A stretch of 20,000 bases of DNA, from the IMG/VR virus record IMGVR_UViG_3300009074_000003, one strand, 5' to 3'. This DNA is from an uncultured virus (IMG/VR IMGVR_UViG_3300009074_000003). Its lineage: Duplodnaviria > Heunggongvirae > Uroviricota > Caudoviricetes. Position numbers and translations under genes: made by a program. The notes under the pieces are model-generated. The model made no database searches. It was not told the origin of the DNA and saw nothing but the letters and a program-made list of their open reading frames with translations. Positions 1 through 7,505 of this stretch are shown here, one piece after another; the first letter of the stretch is position 1, and each line of letters begins with the position of its first letter.

Positions 1-194
1 TCCAACAAGAAAGAATAGCTGCTTTTGATGTAATTGAACAACAACTTAATGATATTTATAAGATGTTAAGCAATGCTAAAAATGAAACAGGGGATTATTA
101 CACAGAAAACCCTACATCATTTTCAGTTATAAAACCAACAGATCTAGTATTAGATTATATAAAAGATATAAAAGACTTATTAAAAGGAGAATAA
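1..194 (+). CDS. 5'-truncated hypothetical phage protein (..QQERIAAFDVIEQQLNDIYKMLSNAKNETGDYYTENPTSFSVIKPTDLVLDYIKDIKDLLKGE*)
   Basis: Open frame from position 3 to TAA at 192-194, directly abutting the next ATG at 195. Not in the ORF track because its start lies outside the window. Confidence 0.75.
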   Translation, partial: QQERIAAFDVIEQQLNDIYKMLSNAKNETGDYYTENPTSFSVIKPTDLVLDYIKDIKDLLKGE

Positions 195-1361
195 ATGAAA
201 ACATTACAAGAACAATACAACCAAATTAAAAAGGGAAAAGGCAGTAAGCATATTTTCCTTAAAGAAGTTAAAGCTAAATATCCTAATTTAGTACGTAATG
301 CTGCAGGATTTGATGAAGCATCATCTGCTCTAATTGGTAGAAGCATTATAGCTGAAAACCTTTATGTAGGAACAGGAAACACTAAAAAACCAGACTGGTT
401 TAAACTCTTTGATGACAACATGAACTTAATCTCTGAGGAAGAAGCTAAAGCTATAGAAAAAAAGGTAACAAAAGGAGTAACTGATTTACAAGCACCTGAT
501 AAAGGATACGATTATAAAGATGATAAAATGCTTAATAATGTATCTGGTGAGCAATTTCGTCAAGGATATTTTACAGAACTTACTTGTGTATCTAATAAAG
601 ACAAAACTAAGGAAGAATTAATAGATTTAGTTATTAAAAATATTGATAAAAACCCCCTATATTATATTGAGGAAGCTCAATTTGGCATTAAAGGGATAGG
701 ATATACTGAAGATGCACCCGCTTTAGGTAAAGGTAAAATGGTTAAAGATCCGGGTGTTGGTGGTGGATATGGTGAAGCTACAAAAAAAGACTTCCCAGAA
801 GGTGAAGTAGGTACTGGTTATTTAGAAATTAAAGAAAACAAAATGATATCATTATTAAACTTATTAGAAAATAGTCCTTTAGGTGAAAAACCAAAGGCAA
901 AAGTAAAAAAGAAAGTAAAAAAAGAAACAACAGATAGCAAATTAGCCGAGATTGAAAATAATGGTAGAATTGCTACTCTTGAGTTACAAATTAATGCCTT
1001 AGATGAAATCATTGAAAGTAAAAATGATAGAATTTCTATGGTATCCGAAGATGAAAGTTTATCTGAATTAGTAGATAAGAAAAAAATGAAAGAAATGCAA
1101 CGTGAAGTAAAAGTTCTTGAAAAGAAAAAAGCGGGCATGGAGAAAATGTATGAAAAGATGTGTGGTAAATCATACAAAAAAGTAGTTACTGAAATGGATC
1201 CTGAAGCATGGAAAAGACAAAATGGTCAAGATGCTGATTGGGCACCAAGAAATGAAGAAAGTAATGCTAACAGTAATGAAGGATCTAACGAAAATTCAAA
1301 CGAAAATTCAAACGATAATAAAGAATCATATTCAGGATTATCAAAATTTAGAACTGCATAA
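195..1361 (+). CDS. Hypothetical 388-aa charged protein, probable internal head/prohead core component
   Basis: Long Lys/Glu-rich ORF with a coiled-coil-like C-terminal half, directly upstream of the prohead protease. Has several [ILV]-x-E motifs (IAE, ISE, IKE, LLE, VTE) like T4 gp21 cleavage sites. Function inferred from context only. Confidence 0.55.
   Translation: MKTLQEQYNQIKKGKGSKHIFLKEVKAKYPNLVRNAAGFDEASSALIGRSIIAENLYVGTGNTKKPDWFKLFDDNMNLISEEEAKAIEKKVTKGVTDLQAPDKGYDYKDDKMLNNVSGEQFRQGYFTELTCVSNKDKTKEELIDLVIKNIDKNPLYYIEEAQFGIKGIGYTEDAPALGKGKMVKDPGVGGGYGEATKKDFPEGEVGTGYLEIKENKMISLLNLLENSPLGEKPKAKVKKKVKKETTDSKLAEIENNGRIATLELQINALDEIIESKNDRISMVSEDESLSELVDKKKMKEMQREVKVLEKKKAGMEKMYEKMCGKSYKKVVTEMDPEAWKRQNGQDADWAPRNEESNANSNEGSNENSNENSNDNKESYSGLSKFRTA
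1252..1320 (+). repeat. Low-complexity N-x-x-S coding repeat (NEESNANSNEGSNENSNENSNDN)
   Basis: 12-nt unit aacgaaaattca exact at 1287-1298 and 1299-1310, with degenerate flanking copies. Confidence 0.8.
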
Positions 1362-1369
1362 AACATATT

Positions 1370-1972
1370 ATGAGTCAATTACTAATAGAAACACACGTAT
1401 TTAAACCTAAGGGAGTCATTTTAAATGAATCACGCTCAAAACGAGGTTTACCCTTAGTTGAAGGAATATTAGCTACTGCTGAAGTAAAAAACGGTAATGG
1501 TAGGTATTATTCTAAAGAATTGTGGGATAGAGAAATTGACAAATATAGAGTATTAGTTGATGAAAATAGAGCAATGGGAGAATTAGACCACCCAGAATCC
1601 TCAGTAATAAATTTACAGAATGTATCACATAATATTTCTGAAATGTGGTGGGATGGAGATAATGTAATGGGTAAAATAGAAATTTTACCTACACCAAATG
1701 GTAATATACTCAAAGCATTAGTTGAAAGTGGGATTACAGTAGGTGTGTCTTCAAGAGGAATGGGTTCATTAGAACAAAAAGGTGAATTAATGGAAGTTCA
1801 AGATGACTTTGAATTATTATGTTGGGATTTTGTCTCAACACCATCTAACCCAGACTCATTTATGCATTTAGTAAGAGAAAATAAAGAATTTAAATCACAA
1901 GATAAATATAAAAACGTAAATAATATATTAGGTGAAATATTATGTTCATACGGACATTGCCCTATATTATAG
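1370..1972 (+). CDS. Prohead core protease, T4 gp21-like
   Basis: Motifs GILATAEVKNGNGRYY, AMGELDHP, VSH, GVSSRGMGS and WDFVSTPS typical of T4-like prohead serine proteases; upstream of scaffold and capsid genes. Confidence 0.93.
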   Translation: MSQLLIETHVFKPKGVILNESRSKRGLPLVEGILATAEVKNGNGRYYSKELWDREIDKYRVLVDENRAMGELDHPESSVINLQNVSHNISEMWWDGDNVMGKIEILPTPNGNILKALVESGITVGVSSRGMGSLEQKGELMEVQDDFELLCWDFVSTPSNPDSFMHLVRENKEFKSQDKYKNVNNILGEILCSYGHCPIL

Positions 1973-1998
1973 CTTAACAATACAACCCCTGATTCCTA

Positions 1999-2040
1999 GA
2001 AGAGGCGCACTCATTTTTTTGATGCGCCTTTTCGACTTTT
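1999..2040 (+). terminator. Probable intrinsic terminator after the protease gene
   Basis: GAAGAGGCGCA-c-TCA / TGA-TGCGCCTTTTC stem (1999-2033) with one bulge and one G-U pair, followed by gactttt. Confidence 0.6.
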
Positions 2041-2052
2041 ATACCTTTGCAT

Positions 2053-2061
2053 ATACGTATA
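2053..2061 (+). promoter_or_regulatory. Putative phage late-promoter element variant ATACGTATA
   Basis: Matches the recurrent intergenic ATATTTATA at 7 of 9 positions; lies just after the terminator and 101 nt before the scaffold ATG. Confidence 0.4.
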
Positions 2062-2139
2062 ATTGATAATATGTCATTTCTCATATGACATCAATAATTT
2101 TTTATTATAACCCCCATTACGTTTCTTAATAAACGTAGT
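2062..2139 (+). promoter_or_regulatory. Two-hairpin structured leader upstream of the scaffold gene
   Basis: ATGTCAT(2071-2077)/ATGACAT(2085-2091), extendable by ATTGA/TCAAT across a bulge; TACGTTT(2118-2124)/AAACGTA(2131-2137). Confidence 0.5.
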
Positions 2140-2162
2140 TTCCCAACAAAAAATTTAGGAAA

Positions 2163-3320
2163 ATGAATAGAAACTTTTTACAAGAGGCTATCGCCGATGC
2201 TAAAGCAGTCAAAGAATCTGCAATAGCAAATGCTAAAGTCGCATTAGAAGAAGCTTTCTCACCTCAAGTTCAAGCCATGTTTGCTAGTAAACTAGAAGAA
2301 ATGGAAAAAGACGAAGAAGTGAATGAAGCTTATGATGATGTAGATGAAGCAAAAGATGATGAAATTTCAGAAAAGAAAGAGTACATGACCAAAAAGGAAA
2401 AGCGCGAAGGTGACGATCGTAAGTCTGATAATAAGGCTGAGACTGAAACTGAAAAAATGCGTAAAATCAAAGAGGAAGAAGAAATGGACTTAGACGAAAT
2501 TTTAGCAGAGTTAGAAAAAGATGAAGATCTTAAAGAAAATGCTCGTACAGACGCTGAAGAAGAAGGCTACAAGGACGGTATGAAGGACGAAAAAGAGGAC
2601 TTGAAAGAGGACGAACGTACGGATGCTGAAGAAGAAGGCTACTTAGACGGTGAAAAAGACGAGAAAGAAGACATGGATGATGAGGACGATGAAGATATCG
2701 ACCTTGAAGATATGTCAGAAGAAGACCTTAAGAAATTTATCGAAGACGTAATCGAAGATATGGTTAGTGCAGGTGAAATTGAAGCCGGCGAATCATTCGA
2801 AGATGATGTAGATGTTGATGTTGATGCAGATGGTGAAATTGAAATAGAAGATGATGAAGAAACTTCTGTAGATGTAGCTGAAGCTAAAGACGACATTGAT
2901 GAATACGGTAAAGAAGAAATCGATGAAGCAAAAGACGAAATGGATGAAGTTAAAAAAGATTTAGATGAAGCAATGAAAACTGTTGCTACTTTAAGATCTG
3001 AACTAAATGAAATCAATTTGTTAAATGCTAAATTACTTTACACAAACAAAGTGTTCCGCGGTAAAAATTTATCTGAAAACCAAAAGGTTAAAGTGTTAGG
3101 TGCTTTTGATAAAGCTGAAACAGTTAAAGAAGTAAAACTTGTATTTGAAACTATTAATAGTAGTGTTAAATCAAAAACTACAAATAATTCTATAAGCGAA
3201 GGCTTTAGAGCTAAAGGTAGTGCCTCAAATATGTCAGCTCCAAAAGTAACTAAAAAACAACCAATTGTTGAATCAGATGAAATGGTCGCTCGCTTTAAAA
3301 AATTAGCTGGAATAATCTAA
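2163..3320 (+). CDS. Prohead scaffolding/core protein (T4 gp22 positional analogue)
   Basis: Extremely acidic 385-aa protein with helical termini, located between the protease and major capsid genes; many [ILV]-x-E sites. Confidence 0.8.
   Translation: MNRNFLQEAIADAKAVKESAIANAKVALEEAFSPQVQAMFASKLEEMEKDEEVNEAYDDVDEAKDDEISEKKEYMTKKEKREGDDRKSDNKAETETEKMRKIKEEEEMDLDEILAELEKDEDLKENARTDAEEEGYKDGMKDEKEDLKEDERTDAEEEGYLDGEKDEKEDMDDEDDEDIDLEDMSEEDLKKFIEDVIEDMVSAGEIEAGESFEDDVDVDVDADGEIEIEDDEETSVDVAEAKDDIDEYGKEEIDEAKDEMDEVKKDLDEAMKTVATLRSELNEINLLNAKLLYTNKVFRGKNLSENQKVKVLGAFDKAETVKEVKLVFETINSSVKSKTTNNSISEGFRAKGSASNMSAPKVTKKQPIVESDEMVARFKKLAGII
2523..2672 (+). repeat. 72-nt (24-aa) tandem duplication in the scaffold: EDLKE-xx-RTDAEEEGYxDGxKDEK x2
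   Basis: EDLKENARTDAEEEGYKDGMKDEK (2523-2594) followed by EDLKEDERTDAEEEGYLDGEKDEK (2595-2666). Confidence 0.9.
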
Positions 3321-3366
3321 TTAAGTAAAACAAAACAATTAATTATTAAATTTAAAAACGTAAAAA

Positions 3367-5007
3367 ATGAGTCAATTAAATTCTCTTTTAGAAAGCGCTA
3401 ATCCTTACAAGTCACTACAAAGTGATGCTGCAAGATTAGCCAACAAATGGAACAAGACAGGCTTGTTAGAAGGTATCGGAAACGAAACTGAGAAAAACAA
3501 TATGTCTATGATCCTTGAAAACCAAGCTAAGCAATTAGTGATGGAAGAAAGTAACACCGGTGGTCCACTTCCTGGAGCAGGTACATTCACTCCTGGAACA
3601 GGAGCACAATGGGCAGGTGTAGCTTTACCACTAGTAAGAAAGGTATTTGGTCAAATCGCAGCGAAAGAATTCGTTTCGGTTCAACCAATGAATTTACCTT
3701 CTGGTCTAGTATTTTATCTAGATTTCCAATACGGAACTGCAGGTAAACAACCTTTTGCACAAGGCGGATCACTTTATGGTGATACTGACGGTAACTTACC
3801 ATTTGGTAATGGTGCTACAGGTGGTCTTTATGGTGCTGGTAGATTTGGTTATTCAATTAACAATACTCAATCTGCTGCTTATGCAGTAGCTTCTGGTTCT
3901 GTTGATTGGTATAGTGATTTGAATGCTGATTCTTCAGTATCTCAGTCTTATGTTGCAGGTGCTTCAGGTCAAATTGTAAAATTAACTGTCCCTTCTGCTT
4001 CATTACCTAACTTTGATGAAAGAGCAGTAAGAGGTTTTTACCTTTCAGGTTCAGCTGCTGATTTACCAGCTTCTGCTACTCAATACCCACAATTTACTAA
4101 AATCAATGGTGCAAACATTGAATTCTTTGTAGGTTCTGATGTTGTTGAAGCAGGTGCATTAAAAGTTGAGTATTTACTACAAACAAATGACGCTCAAAGA
4201 GGTGATTTTGAAGATGGTAATAACAACTTAAATGCTGACAACACTCCAATTTCAATTCCAGAAATCAATATTCAAATGCAGTCGGAAGCAATTGTTGCTA
4301 AGACTCGTAAATTGAAAGCTGTTTGGACTCCTGAGTTTGCTCAAGATCTTAACGCTTACCACTCTTTGGATGCTGAAGCTGAATTAACTTCAATTATGAG
4401 TGAGTATATCTCATTAGAAATTGATTTAGAAATTCTTGATATGTTGATCGAATCTGCTGCTGCTGGTACTGAGTACTGGAGTGCACAGAATAACTTAGCA
4501 TTAGCTTCAACAGGTGTTGTAGATTCAGATTTAGGTTTCTACAACTCACAAGGACAATGGTTCCAAACTTTAGGAACTAAAGTTCAGAAATTGAGTAATA
4601 TCATTCACCAGAAAACTCTAAGAGGTGGAGCTAATTTTATGGTATGTTCTCCAACAGTAGCTACAATTATCGAATCCATTCCAGGATTTGCTAGTACTTC
4701 TGATGGTGATGCTGCTAAAATGAGCTACGCATTTGGTGTACAAAAAGCAGGTACTATCAATTCAAGATACACAGTTTATAAGAATCCATACATGACTGAA
4801 AATACCATTTTAATGGGCTTTAGAGGTGGACAATTCTTAGAAGCAGGTGCTGTATTTGCTCCATATATTCCGTTAATCATGACTCCATTAGTATACGATC
4901 CAAATACCTTTACTCCAAGAAAAGGTCTATTAACTCGTTACGCTAAGAAAGTCGTAAGACCAGAATTTTATGGTAAGATCTTCGTAGAAGGTTTAAACAC
5001 TCTATAA
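3367..5007 (+). CDS. Major capsid protein, T4 gp23-like (HK97 fold)
   Basis: FVSVQPMNLPSGLVFYL, AKTRKLKAVWTPEFAQDLNAYHSLDAEAELTSIMSEYISLEIDLEIL, FAPYIPL and TFTPRKGLLTRY correspond to conserved gp23 blocks. Confidence 0.96.
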   Translation: MSQLNSLLESANPYKSLQSDAARLANKWNKTGLLEGIGNETEKNNMSMILENQAKQLVMEESNTGGPLPGAGTFTPGTGAQWAGVALPLVRKVFGQIAAKEFVSVQPMNLPSGLVFYLDFQYGTAGKQPFAQGGSLYGDTDGNLPFGNGATGGLYGAGRFGYSINNTQSAAYAVASGSVDWYSDLNADSSVSQSYVAGASGQIVKLTVPSASLPNFDERAVRGFYLSGSAADLPASATQYPQFTKINGANIEFFVGSDVVEAGALKVEYLLQTNDAQRGDFEDGNNNLNADNTPISIPEINIQMQSEAIVAKTRKLKAVWTPEFAQDLNAYHSLDAEAELTSIMSEYISLEIDLEILDMLIESAAAGTEYWSAQNNLALASTGVVDSDLGFYNSQGQWFQTLGTKVQKLSNIIHQKTLRGGANFMVCSPTVATIIESIPGFASTSDGDAAKMSYAFGVQKAGTINSRYTVYKNPYMTENTILMGFRGGQFLEAGAVFAPYIPLIMTPLVYDPNTFTPRKGLLTRYAKKVVRPEFYGKIFVEGLNTL

Positions 5008-5028
5008 TCAATAGATTATAAATAAATT

Positions 5029-5059
5029 AAGAGCCCCGCGTCAGCGGGGCTTTTTTTTT
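5029..5059 (+). terminator. Rho-independent terminator after the major capsid gene
   Basis: AGCCCCGC(5032-5039)-gtca-GCGGGGCT(5044-5051) perfect 8-bp stem, with the T run continuing to 5059. Confidence 0.93.
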
Positions 5060-5090
5060 GTTACTAGTGTGTACCTAGTAGGTAGTTAGT

Positions 5091-5099
5091 ATATTTATA
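5091..5099 (+). promoter_or_regulatory. Putative phage late-promoter element ATATTTATA
   Basis: Recurrent intergenic 9-mer, after the capsid terminator and 29 nt before ATG 5129. Confidence 0.5.
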
Positions 5100-5128
5100 C
5101 TCGAATATTAATTAAAATAGTTTTTAAA

Positions 5129-6043
5129 ATGAAAGAAACCCCTTCACAGTTACCGATTCAAAGTTATGTAATGAATTTCCCACATACTTTCTCAACAAAT
5201 GACCCTAATAACGTTTGGATGAAAGAAATGTCCGATAAAGAGTTAGCTATAAATAGACCTAAAGCATACAAACAATTTATGGATTTGTATAATTTTATGG
5301 CTGGTCAATCATTAGTACATTTGTTACCTGCAGAAGGTAATTTTCAAGATTTAATATACGTTGCTAATTTAGGGTTACAATTACCCCACATTAAAGATGA
5401 AAACCATATTTTATTATCAAATTATACTTCACCTCCAAGACAGGGTGAAGAATATGTTGGTGAAAAATTCTTTAATCAAATGGGTTATAAAACCCACATT
5501 TCTCCCCATAAATGGGAAGGGGAAGCAGATATAAAATATCTAAAAGATAATGTTTATATTGGGGGGTATGATATAAGATCAGATATTAAAACCTACCACT
5601 GGATGGAAGAAAATTTTGATATGAAAGTAATCAAAGTTAAAATGGTTGATGAATATATGTATCACTTAGACTGCAGTATCTTCCCGTTAAATACGCGATC
5701 AACTATGGTTTGCACTGAGTTATATGATAAAACAGAGTTAGCGCAAATAAGCAAATATACAAATATAATAGATATAAATGCTGATGATTCTACTTATGGA
5801 ATGGCCAATTCTGTTAGATTAGGAAACATGATATTATGTGCCTCAAACATTTCAGAATTAAAAAAATCAGATGAATTTTATGAGGGTGAAAAACACAAAA
5901 TTGAATCATTAGAAAAAATATGTTCTGACGAGGGGATGGAACCTGTTATATTTAATTTATCTGAATATATGAAATCTGGAGCTATGTTAAGTTGTATGGT
6001 AATGCATTTAAATAGAGTTGATCACTTTAAATCACTTCTTTAA
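5129..6043 (+). CDS. Pentein (amidinotransferase/DDAH/arginine deiminase superfamily) enzyme, resembling the ArgZ-type arginine dihydrolase domain
   Basis: NVWM(28-31), D74-LIYVAN80, RQGEE(104-108), WEGEAD (E130, D134), GYDIRS (R150), YHLD (H179, D181) and EYMKSGAMLSC (C289): intact Cys-His-Glu catalytic set. Confidence 0.85.
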   Translation: MKETPSQLPIQSYVMNFPHTFSTNDPNNVWMKEMSDKELAINRPKAYKQFMDLYNFMAGQSLVHLLPAEGNFQDLIYVANLGLQLPHIKDENHILLSNYTSPPRQGEEYVGEKFFNQMGYKTHISPHKWEGEADIKYLKDNVYIGGYDIRSDIKTYHWMEENFDMKVIKVKMVDEYMYHLDCSIFPLNTRSTMVCTELYDKTELAQISKYTNIIDINADDSTYGMANSVRLGNMILCASNISELKKSDEFYEGEKHKIESLEKICSDEGMEPVIFNLSEYMKSGAMLSCMVMHLNRVDHFKSLL

Positions 6044-6810
6044 TGGCTGAAAAACTAGAAGACTGGTTAAATGGAGAAGTTGCAGAATTATCTAAAAAGT
6101 CTGTAGGAGAGTTAAGTAATAATTTTTTCTTTAGAGATCCATTAAGGCCAACACATATAGATTATAAGCATTTTTATAGCCCAGCAGATGGAACTATTTT
6201 ATATCAAAAAGTAGTACAACCTGGTGATCAAGTTTTAGAAATAAAAGGTGTTGATTACACACTTCAAGATGTAATGGGAGATCGTGATTATAATCACCCT
6301 TCTTTAGTTATTGGAATATTTATGTCATTTTATGATGTACATATTAATAGAATTCCATACGGGGGTGTACTTAAATATAAACGTTTGGAGCCTATTGAAT
6401 CTACTAATCAACCTATGTTAGCTGTAGAGAAGGATATATTAAATAAAGTAATTAATCCTAACAACATGGCATATTTAAAATACAATGAAAGAATGTCTAA
6501 CCAAGTGTATGTTCCCTCTTTGGATTATACATACCATTTAATACAAATTGCCGATGAAGATGTAAATGTAATAGCCCCTTTTAAACAACAAAATGATCTT
6601 TGTGTCCAAAACGAAAGATTCAGTTTAATTAGATGGGGTTCCCAAGTAGATTTAGTTCTACCTCTAGATTCTAGATATGAGTTTGAGACTGTATTAGATA
6701 ATACAATGCATGTAAATGCTGGTCTTGATAAATTAATTAAAATAAACCACACTCAAAAATGCCTTCAAAACCCCACACAGACGAAGTACACAGAAAACAA
6801 AGAACTGTGA
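6043..6810 (+). CDS. Phosphatidylserine decarboxylase-family (pyruvoyl-dependent) proenzyme, apparently soluble; substrate uncertain
   Basis: FFRDP, SPADG (D49), IFMSFYDVHINR (D98, H100), NER, QIA and ERFSLIRWGS200QVDLVLP (Gly-Ser autocleavage site). Start overlaps the upstream stop (TAATG). Confidence 0.85.
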   Translation: MAEKLEDWLNGEVAELSKKSVGELSNNFFFRDPLRPTHIDYKHFYSPADGTILYQKVVQPGDQVLEIKGVDYTLQDVMGDRDYNHPSLVIGIFMSFYDVHINRIPYGGVLKYKRLEPIESTNQPMLAVEKDILNKVINPNNMAYLKYNERMSNQVYVPSLDYTYHLIQIADEDVNVIAPFKQQNDLCVQNERFSLIRWGSQVDLVLPLDSRYEFETVLDNTMHVNAGLDKLIKINHTQKCLQNPTQTKYTENKEL

Positions 6811-7493
6811 AGAACCCAATAAAATTCAAAATAAGTTTAAACGAGGAACAAAAAGAAGCCAAACAAAAAATATTAGATAACACATTAACCCTATTAGCCG
6901 GAAGAGCAGGATCTGGAAAAACACTCCTAGCATGTCAAGTTGCTTTAGATGGTCTTATACGAAGACACTATTCAAAAATAATCATTACTAGACCTACAGT
7001 TTCAAAAGAAGAAATAGGATTTTTACCTGGGGATTTAAGAGAAAAAATGGATCCTTGGATTCAACCTATTTACCAAAATATGTATGCCTTATATGATAAG
7101 GTAAAAGTAGAAAAATTAATTGAGGATGGCAAAGTAGAAATAGTTCCTTTAGCATTTATGAGAGGAAGAACCTTTTTAGACTCTTGTATTATTGTAGATG
7201 AAGCTCAGAATGTTACTCATGAACAAATGGAAATGATTTCAACCCGAATAGGATTAAGATCAAAAATGATTATTTGTGGTGATGACCACCAAGTTGATTT
7301 GAAATCAAAACGAGAATCTGGTTTTAGATTTTTATACTCAGCAGCTCGTAAAGTAAAAAATATGTGTTCTATTACTTTAATGCAAAATCATAGAGACCCA
7401 ATTGTGGATAACTTGATTGAAATTTATGAAGAAGCTGAAAGTAGGGGGATTATTAAAGGATCCTCCGGCACTAGCGGAAAAGCTAGGCGATAG
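6759..7493 (+). CDS. phoH: PhoH-family ATPase
   Basis: Walker A GRAGSGKT, IIITRP, GFLPGDLREKMDPW, FMRGRTF, IVDEAQN, TRIG, GDDHQVDL and HRDPIV. Confidence 0.95.
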   Translation: MPSKPHTDEVHRKQRTVKNPIKFKISLNEEQKEAKQKILDNTLTLLAGRAGSGKTLLACQVALDGLIRRHYSKIIITRPTVSKEEIGFLPGDLREKMDPWIQPIYQNMYALYDKVKVEKLIEDGKVEIVPLAFMRGRTFLDSCIIVDEAQNVTHEQMEMISTRIGLRSKMIICGDDHQVDLKSKRESGFRFLYSAARKVKNMCSITLMQNHRDPIVDNLIEIYEEAESRGIIKGSSGTSGKARR

Positions 7494-7505
7494 TCCTAAA
7501 AATTT

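Noticed and set aside
1973..2162. tRNA in the longest intergenic gap
   Set aside because: No cloverleaf, T-loop GTTCRA or acceptor stem; the hairpins fit a terminator plus a structured leader.
155..3802. Small overlapping ORFs (155-346, 818-1177, 1222-1404, 1507-1713, 1798-1980, 2639-3016, 3405-3590, 3587-3802)
   Set aside because: They lie on top of well-supported plus-strand genes, and their Ser/Phe/Leu-rich composition is what antisense of Glu/Asp/Lys codons produces.
5017..5024. T4 late-promoter consensus TATAAATA after the capsid stop codon
   Set aside because: It sits immediately upstream of a strong terminator, so it could not drive downstream genes; probably chance in AT-rich DNA.
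7458..7481. PhoH C-terminal GSSGTSGK resembles the giant GTS repeat
   Set aside because: Only 8 low-complexity residues, with different codons (tcc, ggc, agc); no evidence of common origin.
1970..7493. Stop-codon reassignment (TAG ends the protease and phoH genes)
   Set aside because: Genes are intact under the standard code, coding density is high, and both TAG stops are followed by terminator hairpins.
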